From an uncultured Methylomirabilota bacterium (GTDB taxonomy: Bacteria; Methylomirabilota; Methylomirabilia; Methylomirabilales; 2-02-FULL-66-22), in NCBI GenBank assembly GCA_963845565.1, contig CAWJSJ010000002.1, positions 1,120,001 through 1,184,000 on the forward strand: DNA of 64,000 nucleotides, in the 5' to 3' direction. The notes below the pieces were generated by a model. That model saw only the letters and a program-made list of their open reading frames with translations, was not told where the DNA came from and did no database searches. This document shows positions 33,602 to 43,945 of the stretch, piece after piece. The position numbers were made by a program, and so were the translations under genes. Each line of letters starts with the position of its first letter. The first letter of the stretch is position 1.

Positions 33602-33859
33602 ATGCGAACCATCGTGGTGTTGCTGATCGCGGCTCTCGTCCTGACCCCGACCCTGGCCCATGCGCAAGCGTCCGGGGCGGGCGGGTTGGGGCTCTTGGCC
33701 CTCGTGGCCCTCCCGGTGCTGGTGATCCTGCTCCTGGTCGAACTCGAAAAGAAAAACCCGAACTGGAGGGACGAAGCGACACGATCTCCGCTGCCGAGTC
33801 CGCCGTCCGAATCGCAGTCCTCGACCGCCCCGGTCCCGGCGGGTGGGAGCGGTCGCTGA
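33602..33859 (+). CDS. Small hypothetical membrane protein (signal peptide + TM + Pro/Ser tail)
   Basis: RBS GGAGG; MRTIVVLLIAALVLTPTLAHA signal followed by a hydrophobic segment. Confidence 0.5.
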   Translation: MRTIVVLLIAALVLTPTLAHAQASGAGGLGLLALVALPVLVILLLVELEKKNPNWRDEATRSPLPSPPSESQSSTAPVPAGGSGR

Positions 33860-34208
33860 GCCGAACTCTGGCTGTCCGGTTGGTGGTCGTCCTCGCAAGG
33901 CTGAAACATAGCCTCCCGCACGCATTTCGTAGCCGCCCCTGTCTTGATCTAGCGAGGGTGTTTGAGATTGACGACGCGCGAGCTTTTCGATACGTTTGCT
34001 CTCACGAACGTCTCGCCTTGGTTCCTACTTTGCTTCAGAGGGTGTTGTGGGGAAACCATATAACATCCCGACCGGCTCAGTGTTCTTCTCTCACCCGTTA
34101 ATCCTTCGATACTCGCTCCAATTCTGCGCATGGGGTGCTATGCGGACCCGATGCCGGAAAAAACCGTGTATGCGGAAACCGTAATGGCGTAGTTTGGATG
34201 GACAGGTG

Positions 34209-34814
34209 ATGCGAAGCCGGTTCAGTGACACCAACAGCTCGCAGGGGCCGAAGTATCTCTTCGAGTTCGCCCAGCGGGTTCTCGTCGAATGCCCGGGCTG
34301 TGGGCAATGCGCGGTTGTGGAATGCAAACGCGGGCTCGAGGGGACGCCTCGCCTCTCGTGCCCCCGTTGCTCCTTCACTACGCGAGGCTGGCCACCACCC
34401 TCGAATCTAGAGATGCGACGGTGCGCGCGCCGTCGCTGTGCCCGGTGCAACGACTGGCTGGGCAGGGCCCCCGTGCGTTTCCTGATGGGAAAGCGTGTTG
34501 TCGAGATTCTCTGCAGCTGTGGCGCGGTGTCGTTCGAACCTTGGCCGCGTGCCGCAATGCGCCTTGGAGAATCAACTGATCCATATTTCGGGCTGCCGCT
34601 TTGGCTGCGCACCGACGTGCGTGGCGAGACCCTGTGGGCGTACAACCGCGAGCATCTGTCCTTCCTCGACGCGTACGTGCGAGCGGCCCTGCGTCAGCGT
34701 GCGCCAAACTGGAATGCAAGCCTGACTAGTCGCCTCCCGCGCTGGATGAAGACCGCTTCCAGACGACAGGACGTGTTGAAAGCAATCGCGCGCATCGCCG
34801 CTCGAAAAGGCTAG
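34209..34814 (+). CDS. Hypothetical zinc-ribbon protein (cassette-like)
   Basis: Several CxxC pairs; DPYFGLPLWL...LWAYNREHL...SRLPRWMK; followed by an attC-like site. Confidence 0.7.
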   Translation: MRSRFSDTNSSQGPKYLFEFAQRVLVECPGCGQCAVVECKRGLEGTPRLSCPRCSFTTRGWPPPSNLEMRRCARRRCARCNDWLGRAPVRFLMGKRVVEILCSCGAVSFEPWPRAAMRLGESTDPYFGLPLWLRTDVRGETLWAYNREHLSFLDAYVRAALRQRAPNWNASLTSRLPRWMKTASRRQDVLKAIARIAARKG

Positions 34815-34850
34815 CAGTTCATGACCTTTAGCAAATAGGGAAAGAACGCC

Positions 34851-34938
34851 GCTCAACGTACCGTTGCGGCAGACGATTTTATCGGTCGGGCCTCCGCCCT
34901 CCCTCTGGCGTTCGCCGCTAACGCTAAACGCGTTAGGC
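34851..34938 (+). other. Integron attC recombination site
   Basis: R'' GCTCAAC, L'' GTTGCGGC, L' GCCGCTAAC, R' GTTAGGC. Confidence 0.7.
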
Positions 34939-35080
34939 AACCCGGAGCGACGGTGTGTTTATGCGGCGTCACCCAAGTACGACCGGCCCGCGTCGCCTTT
35001 GCAACGGCGTAGTGAAATGCGTCCCCGCGGGGATCCGTGAAAGGCGGAGCTCCGAAGCCGCGAGGCGAAGAATGCCAAGA

Positions 35081-35971
35081 ATGCCGATGGACAAGTTTAG
35101 CAGGCTCATCGCAGCCCACGCTTTCGCCCGATTTCCGGAGTGGCGGCAACGCGTTCGCCGGGTTCCGTCCTCCGATGGGACCGTCGCTTTACTCCTGGAA
35201 CTTCCGGCACCAGCAGAAGCCCGGGTCGAGTGCGGTCTCTCGCTCAGCACCGAGGATCGCGAAATCACCATCTCCTTCGCCGCCTGGCATGAGCACCTGC
35301 AGGGAACGCGGCGGCACGAACGGCGTCCCGGGTCGCCGGAGGACAGGGCTCGCGCCGCCTGGCAGAGCGCGGAACAGTTCCTGGATGACCTCTGCGCCGA
35401 ACGGACAGTCGTTGCGTCGTGGTGGTTCGAGTCCCACTGGCGGAGCAGCCGGTGTGCGCCGGCGGGCTCGCCCCTGGAGGAGCCGGATCACTCCTACAGC
35501 AATCGCCGGCGCGTGCGGTCTTGGAAAGGCACGTTCAACGAAGACGTCCGAACCGACACCTTCGATACTATCGCACGGTTGCCCTGCCCGAGCTGTGGAG
35601 AGATCGACGGCGCACGGTGCGGGCAAGCCGTGAGGGGCACCCGCCGGTTCTGGTTCCGGGTCACGCGTTGCCCAGCGTGTGGGGCCGCGACCGAAGGGGA
35701 TGGCGGTCACTGCGCGCCGGAGGACCTGCGCCAACGCCTCCTGGCTGCCGAGGGGACCTGGGCTCCTGTGCTCAACGAGCCGGTGGATGACGAGTCCCGG
35801 GTCGTGCGCCTGGTGCGGAGGGTGCTCCTCATCGGGCAAGCGGAGGCCTTGGCCTTCGTTCGCGGAACAGCGGACGACCAGGTCCGCGGCACGCGCGCTG
35901 AGGGTGCGTGGGCCGTGGCACAGCTTGCGAGCGTAGGGCTTCGCGCGACAACCCGCCGGATTGACGCTTGA
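35081..35971 (+). CDS. Hypothetical protein, apparently two-domain (C-terminal half has CxxC pairs); start uncertain
   Basis: Open frame after the attC; first half ends RVRSWKGTFNED, second half has CPSC/CPAC and GTRAE. Confidence 0.55.
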   Translation: MPMDKFSRLIAAHAFARFPEWRQRVRRVPSSDGTVALLLELPAPAEARVECGLSLSTEDREITISFAAWHEHLQGTRRHERRPGSPEDRARAAWQSAEQFLDDLCAERTVVASWWFESHWRSSRCAPAGSPLEEPDHSYSNRRRVRSWKGTFNEDVRTDTFDTIARLPCPSCGEIDGARCGQAVRGTRRFWFRVTRCPACGAATEGDGGHCAPEDLRQRLLAAEGTWAPVLNEPVDDESRVVRLVRRVLLIGQAEALAFVRGTADDQVRGTRAEGAWAVAQLASVGLRATTRRIDA

Positions 35972-36271
35972 CTCGGTCCATCATGTCCGGTGTATTGGCG
36001 CCGGGGACTTATCCATCCAGGAGCCTCTGTTTCGCCCGGCTTGGGGAGCCACGTCGGACTCGAACGCGCAGCAACAAGATTCCGTGTGGTGAATTTGCCA
36101 CCGTGTTCTAGTCGCGCCCATTTTTCGACCTGGTCGCATCGCGCAACTCTCTGTCAATACTCGCGAAGACGTGATCGTAACCATAACTCGGGTTCGAATC
36201 CCGATCGCTACGCGCTTGGGAGCTAGAGTTTCCGCCCGCCGGGTTCCCCGTTCCGGGCCCAGCATGATCTC

Positions 36272-36688
36272 TCAGTCCACCTGGTGCGCGGTGAGGAACA
36301 TGGCCTTTTCCAGGGCGGCGAAGAAGCGCTGGTAGGCCTCGGGGTCTTCGACCGGCGACATCTGTTGCTGGGCGTTGGCACGGACGACGACCTGCCCCGT
36401 GCCGCGCGGGGAAACGGTGACCGTCATCGTCAGGCCGGACTTGCTCGCCTTCACGACTCCCAGCGTCGCATCGGCTTTATCCACCCAGAATCCGAGGTCC
36501 GACAGGGTGGCGATGACGTCGCGAAGGGTTCGCTCCCGGTCGGCGGTATCCATGACCCGGGTCTGAATGCTGCGGGCGCGGAGCGTTTCCGTCTTGCTGT
36601 CCAGGACTCGTTCGTTCAGCCCGGCGCAGCCTGCGGCCAGGAGGCCGAGGGATATCCACAGTCCGACAACCGCGAATCTGGTCTTCAT
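36272..36688 (-). CDS. Hypothetical lipoprotein
   Basis: Lipobox LAAGC; RSIQTRVMDT...YQRFFAALEKAMFL. Confidence 0.75.
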   Translation of the reverse strand: MKTRFAVVGLWISLGLLAAGCAGLNERVLDSKTETLRARSIQTRVMDTADRERTLRDVIATLSDLGFWVDKADATLGVVKASKSGLTMTVTVSPRGTGQVVVRANAQQQMSPVEDPEAYQRFFAALEKAMFLTAHQVD

Positions 36689-37260
36689 GATTCCCGAGCC
36701 TCCAAGGCGAGGGCCTTCGAGAGCCGATCGAAGGCCTCCTGGTAGACAGTGGCGTCCGCGATGATGTGCGGCGGACCGGGTCGGCCATCCGTGTGGCCGG
36801 TCTCTCGAAAGATGATTCGGACGGCGATGCGGTCTCCGTCCACGCCGATCTTTCGTGTGAAGACGCCCACCTCAATCCTCACCGGTTTGGCCTGGATCTT
36901 ATCGACGAGAAGCAAGGCCAACGGCGCCGTGTAGCCCCCTGCCAGGAGGCCCAAAGCGGCCGCGCCGACCGCAACCCGCTGCCCAGGCGTGAGCGAGTTC
37001 GCATCGCGCATCTTGGACCCCAGCACCACTCCCAGGCGGGAGGTCCCCTCATCGATCTGGAATCCCATGTCCTGGAGGAGGGCTGTGCAGGTCATCAGGA
37101 TCCGCTCCTCGTCCGCGGACTCGTAGTGCCTGGTCTGGAGCTGGCGCTGTGCCAGCATGTCCTCCGGCGACGTCAGCATCTGCGAGGCCGGGGCGGCACA
37201 TCCGGTCAGGAGGAGCAGTCCCAGAAGGATGGGAGCCGACTTGATAGGGTGCCGTGCCAT
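36685..37260 (-). CDS. Hypothetical lipoprotein, paralogous to 36272-36688
   Basis: Lipobox LLTGC; RQLQTRHYE...LQDMGFQID...YQEAFDRLSKAL. Confidence 0.75.
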   Translation of the reverse strand: MARHPIKSAPILLGLLLLTGCAAPASQMLTSPEDMLAQRQLQTRHYESADEERILMTCTALLQDMGFQIDEGTSRLGVVLGSKMRDANSLTPGQRVAVGAAALGLLAGGYTAPLALLLVDKIQAKPVRIEVGVFTRKIGVDGDRIAVRIIFRETGHTDGRPGPPHIIADATVYQEAFDRLSKALALEARES

Positions 37261-37271
37261 GGCCGCTTCCC

Positions 37272-37685
37272 TCAGAAGCGCGACGCGTGGTACGCGTAGT
37301 CGCGCACTCGTTTGTCGGCGTCAAACTTCACGATCACCGTGAGCGTCCGCTGGCTGACCGTGGCAGCACCCGCCTGCCGCGCATATCCCACCAGCACCAG
37401 TCCGGCGTACCCGGACTCATCCAGATACGCGCGCTCGGTCGCGATCCGGTCGTAGATCCAGACCTCGCGCCTCTGTTCGTCCGTGGTCACGATGTTGGGG
37501 GCGCCGAGCACCTCGGCCACGGCCGCCGCCGTCATACCTTTCTGGATCTCCCGCTGGACTGTTCCTACGGTCAGTCGCTTTTCGCCGATTTCCGACGGTG
37601 GCGTCACGATCTGCTGGTTCACACTGCACGCCGAGAGCGCCAGCATCGCCGCCCCGCCGATCAACCCGACCCCGAATGCTCGCAT
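37272..37685 (-). CDS. SmpA/OmlA (BamE)-like lipoprotein
   Basis: Lipobox LSAC; IQKGMTAAAVAEVLGAPN...WIYD...LTVIVKFD. Confidence 0.7.
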   Translation of the reverse strand: MRAFGVGLIGGAAMLALSACSVNQQIVTPPSEIGEKRLTVGTVQREIQKGMTAAAVAEVLGAPNIVTTDEQRREVWIYDRIATERAYLDESGYAGLVLVGYARQAGAATVSQRTLTVIVKFDADKRVRDYAYHASRF

Positions 37686-38108
37686 GATATTTCCTCCGTC
37701 TTGACCCAGGTGTTTTTCCCTGCCTGACACGCACCCACGCCTAGCGAGTTCCGTGCCTACGGACGGACGAGGGTGTCGGCGGCGCACGGTGGGAATCATC
37801 CCAGGGATTCCGAAGGGTTACGCAATGCTGGGGCGCACTGCTCGGCAGCGCCTGTCAATCGGGCTGGACGGGGGGATGGCGTGGTGTCGAGGCGTCAAGG
37901 CGGAGAGAACCGGTGACAGACTTCCTGGGAGAAACTCAGACCGGGCGGCGAGGTTGCGGGTATGGATCAGCCGGATCGGCCTTCGAGTCCGTACTGCTTT
38001 TCATCTTGTTGTAGTGCGGGGCCCGCTGATTGATGCTGAGAGCCCCGGCGGCCTGAGTCCGGCCGGCGCCAGAGCGTCCCATGCGTCACAAAACGGCAAC
38101 GACGAGGC

Positions 38109-38146
38109 TTGAAAGCCTTTAGGGTACTGTGTATTATTCATACACA
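38109..38146 (+). promoter_or_regulatory. vapBC promoter/operator
   Basis: TTGAAA-17-TATTAT overlapped by the palindrome TGTGTAT-N5-ATACACA. Confidence 0.6.
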
Positions 38147-38161
38147 CGATGGAGGGACATC

Positions 38162-38353
38162 ATGCGGACGAATGTGGTGATTGACGACACGCTCATGTCT
38201 CGAGCACTCAAGTCCGGCGGATATCGCACCAAGCGGTCCGTCATCGAGGAAGGGTTGCGGTTGCTCGTGCATGTGAACAGCCAGAGGAAGCTTCGCAATC
38301 TGAAGGGCACGATCCGTTGGGAGGGCGATCTGGACTCGATGCGGAGGGACTGA
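38162..38353 (+). CDS. vapB: VapB family antitoxin
   Basis: MRTNVVIDDTLM...TKRSVIEEGLRLL...WEGDLDSMR. Confidence 0.88.
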   Translation: MRTNVVIDDTLMSRALKSGGYRTKRSVIEEGLRLLVHVNSQRKLRNLKGTIRWEGDLDSMRRD

Positions 38354-38354
38354 C

Positions 38355-38522
38355 ATGATTGTTGTCGATTCCTCGGCGTGGATCGGGTATTTCACGGATG
38401 GGCAACCGCTGATCGTCAGCAAGGTAGACCGGTGCCTCGAACAGGACTTGGTGGGAATTGGAGATCTGATCTACAGGGATTTCGATGTCATGGCTCCCCA
38501 CATCGGGTTGCGAATCGTGTAG
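38355..38522 (+). pseudogene. vapC: VapC (PIN) toxin with a large in-frame internal deletion
   Basis: 55 aa: N-terminal MIVVDSSAWIGYF...IGDLIY joined directly to C-terminal RDFDVMAPHIGL. Confidence 0.8.
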
Positions 38523-38538
38523 GGTCTGTCCAGCCCAC

Positions 38539-39906
<1,368 letters not shown>

Positions 39907-39929
39907 CAAAAGGTCACCTCAATGCGAAA

Positions 39930-39972
39930 CCGACAACCGACAACTGGCAACCGACAACCGATAACTTGGCAA
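39930..39972. repeat. Heptamer tandem repeat (CCGACAA-like x6)
   Basis: CCGACAA CCGACAA CTGGCAA CCGACAA CCGATAA CTTGGCAA. Confidence 0.8.
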
Positions 39973-40009
39973 TCCACCACGGACGAAGAAACCGCCGAGA
40001 CGCGGGGGC

Positions 40010-41983
40010 TCACGCGATCGGCACGGCAATTACGAAGCGCGCTCCGCCGCCGGGAACATTTTCCGCCCGGATACTCCCGCGATGCTCCAGAATGATCCGA
40101 CGCGCCAGGGCGAGGCCAAGTCCGGTGCCGCCTTCCTTGGTGGTGAAGTATGGCTCGAAGACCCGGTCCAGGTTCTCGGGCGGAATCCCGGATCCGGTAT
40201 CGGTCACGACCATCTCCACGCACCGTTGTCCCGCGGGGGTGTGCGCCGGAGCAGCGGGGCGATCAGGCGACTGGGCAATCAGGAGCGCCGAATGGTCGAA
40301 TGGCCTGTTTGCCATATCAACAACTCTGGCGCGGACGGTGAGGGTGCCGCCCTTCGGCATCGCCTGGATCGCGTTCAGCAGGACGTTCATGATTGCGCGG
40401 ATCATTTGCTCCCGGTCGAGCAGCGCCCGCGCGTCCTTCGGCTCCAGATCCTCCACGACCTCCACGCCTTGCGCCGTTGCCTGCGGGGAGAGGAGCGCGA
40501 GGACTTCCGCGAGCACCGGCGCGAGCGGCGCTTCGACGAGCGTGAGGTGGAGGGGGCGCGCCAGGGTGAGGAACTGGTTCACGATGGTATTGAGCCGTGT
40601 CACCTCGGCCTCGATGATCCGGGTGAACTGGGTATATTCCTGGCGCGCCTCGGGCGCGGCCGGGGCGAACTCCATCCGGAGCCGCTGCAGTCCCATGGAG
40701 ATGGCGTTCAGCGGATTCTTGATCTCGTGGGCCACGCCTGCCGCCAGGTTTCCCATGGCGGCAAGGCGCTGCTCTTGGGCCATCGCAGCTTCCAGGCGCT
40801 GCCGCTCGGCAAGGTGTCGGGCCTGAGTCCAGAAGATGGCCACGGCTCCGACGACGCCGACGGTCAGGAGGCCGAGGCTGTACCACAGAATCCCGCGCTG
40901 GGCCTGCCGCGTCACGTCCGCCAGGCCCCGAGTGCTCAGCCCGACACGGATGACGCCGACCTGCTTTTCTTGCACGGTGAACGGCTTGACGACCTGGTAC
41001 ACCTGGCAGCCGTCGCAGTCCTGGCGCCGGCCCTTCACTGCGCCGGACTCCAGCGCCTCACGGAGCAGTGGACTTGGCTCTTTCCGACCGACTGCGGAGG
41101 CGTCGCTGCTCGCCAGAATAGTGAGATCCCGGTCCAGGAGGGAGACTTCCACGATGCCCGGCTGCCTGCCCAGGTTCTCGATGAGGGGCTGGAGGCCGAT
41201 CTCCTTGCGGAAATTGAGCAGATACTCGGCGTCGGCATGGACAACGATGACGCCGGGGAAGCTCTGGGCCGGAACGGCGACGCCGAAGGCGCTGCCTTCC
41301 CAGAACCGGCGAATCTTGGCAGCCTTGGGAAGCGACGGGAAGAGCTGCGCGGGGTCGCCGCGAAGGCCCCCCCAGCGCTGTCCCCACATGAACGGCATGC
41401 CGGAAGGCCGTGGGTGTTCCGGGGCGGACGGTCCCGACACTTCCGGGGGACGCGTCATTCCGCGCATCATCGGACCGCGCGGCTGGCCGGGAACGATCTC
41501 TCCCGACGCTTCGTCGCCTTCCCTGGGGCCGACGCCGCGGCGGCCCGGCCCACCGAACCCCCGGCCGCCGGCCCAGGGACCTTGGCCGGGCATCTCAATC
41601 TGCGGGAGTGCCGCCGGCTGGCCTTGCGGGTCCAGCAGTTCCACCTTGGCCAGCTTGTTCTCGCGCACCACGCGCTCGATCAGTTCCTGCGCCCGGGGTG
41701 TCCGTGCCACGATGAAATCCACAAAGCGGGCGTTATCCAGCAGCCGCTGCCCCACGATCTCTTCCAGCATCGTCTGCGTGGAGATGGCGTTCCGGCTGCC
41801 GGCTTCGAGGACACCGATGAGGGCCACGGCCCGCTCCTCCAGTTCGCGGGCGAGGTTCTGCTGCACCCGCCGAGACTCCAACAGCGCATAGCCGCCCAGC
41901 AGGAGGATCAGCAGGACGACCGTGGCGAGCAGGGCCGGCCAGGCGAATGGCGGGTGCGTGCGGCGGGGCGTGGCAACGGGCAT
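40010..41983 (-). CDS. Membrane sensor histidine kinase (ZraS/HydH-like)
   Basis: Two TM segments and a Gly/Met-rich periplasmic insert; AHEIKNPL, NAIQA, DTGSGI, FTTKEGGTGLGL. Confidence 0.92.
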   Translation of the reverse strand: MPVATPRRTHPPFAWPALLATVVLLILLLGGYALLESRRVQQNLARELEERAVALIGVLEAGSRNAISTQTMLEEIVGQRLLDNARFVDFIVARTPRAQELIERVVRENKLAKVELLDPQGQPAALPQIEMPGQGPWAGGRGFGGPGRRGVGPREGDEASGEIVPGQPRGPMMRGMTRPPEVSGPSAPEHPRPSGMPFMWGQRWGGLRGDPAQLFPSLPKAAKIRRFWEGSAFGVAVPAQSFPGVIVVHADAEYLLNFRKEIGLQPLIENLGRQPGIVEVSLLDRDLTILASSDASAVGRKEPSPLLREALESGAVKGRRQDCDGCQVYQVVKPFTVQEKQVGVIRVGLSTRGLADVTRQAQRGILWYSLGLLTVGVVGAVAIFWTQARHLAERQRLEAAMAQEQRLAAMGNLAAGVAHEIKNPLNAISMGLQRLRMEFAPAAPEARQEYTQFTRIIEAEVTRLNTIVNQFLTLARPLHLTLVEAPLAPVLAEVLALLSPQATAQGVEVVEDLEPKDARALLDREQMIRAIMNVLLNAIQAMPKGGTLTVRARVVDMANRPFDHSALLIAQSPDRPAAPAHTPAGQRCVEMVVTDTGSGIPPENLDRVFEPYFTTKEGGTGLGLALARRIILEHRGSIRAENVPGGGARFVIAVPIA

Positions 41984-42349
41984 CGGGACCTCCGGGGTCG
42001 TACGATTTGACTAGCCTAGCATACTCGGGAGAGACTCACCACCACGGGAAGGGCGCCGACCCGACAGTGCTCGCGTGAAGCCGCGTGTCCCCCGTTGGGG
42101 GGCCGCACCACGGCGGTCGCCGACTGTGCGATGCGCCCCTGCGGTGCCGAAGAATCCGCTTGACACTCGCCGGGTGATTGCGGCACGCTTCGGCCGGTTC
42201 TGTGGCGTCGCCGCGCGGCGAGTGGTCCATCGGTGAGAGGCTCGGCCACGACGAGGCCGAACACCGGATGCGGTCACGCAGGCATTGCCGGCCGGCAGGG
42301 ACTTCAGGGAGTGCCCGCCAACACCCTACCAGGAAAGGACGTCATCATC

Positions 42350-42991
42350 ATGGGCGCCATCGAGTTCACCGACAATTATGAGGACCTCAGCACGGACAAG
42401 GGGTACCAGTTCCGCTTCTCGTGCGAGCGGTGCGGCAACGGGTACATGTCCACCTATCAGATCAGCGCGCTGGGCGTGACGGGCGGGTTGTTGAGCGCTG
42501 CGTCCTCGCTGTTCGGTGGCATTTTGGGTGGGGCGGCCGCCGGGACGTACGAGGTGCAACGGGCGGTCGGGGGCAAGGCGCACGACGATGCGCTTCGCGA
42601 GGCAGTGACGGAGATCCGCCCGAAGTTCGTCCAGTGCCGCCGGTGCGGGCAATGGATCTGCCGCGACATCTGTTTCAACAATTCCGCCACCATGTGCAAG
42701 CAGTGCGCCCCCATCGCCGAGGAGGAAGAGACCGCGACCCGGGCCACCCACGTACAGACGCAGGTGACCAACGATCTCTTTCTGGAAGAGAACGTGCGGA
42801 TGAGTGCGAAGGGAAAAGAAGTGGCGGCCAAGTGCTCCAAGTGCGGGGAGGCGACGCTGGGGAAGAAGTTCTGTCCGAGTTGCGGCGCGCCGGCCGCCGT
42901 CGCCGCCAAGCAGTTTTGCCCGGCCTGCGGGGCCAAGGCGGCCCCCGGGGCGAAGTTCTGCGGCGACTGCGGATCCAAGTTTGAACAATGA
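42350..42991 (+). CDS. Double zinc ribbon domain protein
   Basis: FTDNYEDLSTDKGYQFRFSCERC plus multiple CxxC; KFCPSCG...KFCGDCG. Confidence 0.8.
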   Translation: MGAIEFTDNYEDLSTDKGYQFRFSCERCGNGYMSTYQISALGVTGGLLSAASSLFGGILGGAAAGTYEVQRAVGGKAHDDALREAVTEIRPKFVQCRRCGQWICRDICFNNSATMCKQCAPIAEEEETATRATHVQTQVTNDLFLEENVRMSAKGKEVAAKCSKCGEATLGKKFCPSCGAPAAVAAKQFCPACGAKAAPGAKFCGDCGSKFEQ

Positions 42992-43008
42992 ACGTCCACA
43001 GAAACCAG

Positions 43009-43047
43009 AACGAGGGGGCCGGGTGAAGACCGGCCCCCTCGTTTTTC
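43009..43047. terminator. Intrinsic terminator between convergent genes
   Basis: AACGAGGGGGCCGG / CCGGCCCCCTCGTT stem followed by TTT. Confidence 0.75.
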
Positions 43048-43055
43048 GATAGAGG

Positions 43056-43454
43056 CTACAGCGCGCGGCCTGCGCCGAAGGTCCGCACGTTCCCCCACGG
43101 ATTGATGTGCAGGTACTGCAACTCGTTCTGGGGACCCTTGACCTCGACCTGATACATCGCGCCGCGCGGCCGGTCGAACTTCACGAGCTTTTCGACCTGG
43201 TACCCAGGCAGGTTCTTGGTCACGTACTCGGTGGCGATCTCCTTGGCCTTGGCCTCATCAATCGCCGTCGCGGCCGCCGAAGCGCCGCCCTGCTGGTTCC
43301 AGCAGGGTCCGCCACCCGGCCCGCCGGCGCCCCGACCCATCATGCCGCCGCGCGGACCGTAGCCTTGCCCCGGCCCTGCCAACTGGGCCATCGCCATTCC
43401 CGTCACGATCAGCACCAACCCCGCCACCAGAGCCACACTCAGCATCTTTTTCAT
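43056..43454 (-). CDS. Secreted PepSY-like protein with Gly/Met-rich N-terminus
   Basis: Signal peptide; GPGQGYGPRGGMMG; IDEAKAKEIA...YQVEV...INPWGNV. Confidence 0.7.
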   Translation of the reverse strand: MKKMLSVALVAGLVLIVTGMAMAQLAGPGQGYGPRGGMMGRGAGGPGGGPCWNQQGGASAAATAIDEAKAKEIATEYVTKNLPGYQVEKLVKFDRPRGAMYQVEVKGPQNELQYLHINPWGNVRTFGAGRAL

Positions 43455-43516
43455 TGTCCGATCCTCCTATTGGTTCACTGTTTTGTCCTGCAAGCCTTTG
43501 ATGCCCTGAAAGGTAC

Positions 43517-43531
43517 GCAACCCGCGTGCCA
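43517..43531 (-). promoter_or_regulatory. Sigma54 (-24/-12) promoter
   Basis: Minus strand TGGCAC-GCGGG-TTGC, an exact consensus, ~60 nt upstream of the ATG at 43454. Confidence 0.85.
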
Positions 43532-43945
43532 GGCGTCATCTCTTGACCATGGCATGCGTGGTCGCAGGGGTAACCTGTTGAATTCATGGCGCCAAGGGTT
43601 CTGGGTCCGTTGTGGCGCATGGCCTCGCGGCACGCGGAGCAGGCCGGAACCTCGACAATATCCCCGAATGGCTCGACAAATCCGTCGAGCCGTGATTCTC
43701 CGCACAGCCCTGCGCCGCCCCATCTATCACCACCGTTTTCGTGCAATACTTCCGCTTGGCACCCGGCGCACCATGGGTTATCCTACGTCCGACGTGTTCC
43801 CGGCAGTCCGCACCAGGACGTTGCCCGTCACGTCTCCTGTCCGATGCGGCCAGGCAATCCTTCTTCCTTCCATGACGAGGTGTTCGGTATCCCGATTTCG
43901 TCTGGTCCTTTCGAAATTGAGGTCCACGGCAAAAGGAGGGGGTCC

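Noticed and set aside
34050..34200. Additional attC sites between the orphan genes
   Set aside because: Only partial AAC/GTT-like motifs are present, without convincing L-box pairing.
36140..36215. Complete tRNA gene
   Set aside because: Only a T-arm is present; there is no acceptor-stem 5' strand, D arm or anticodon arm.
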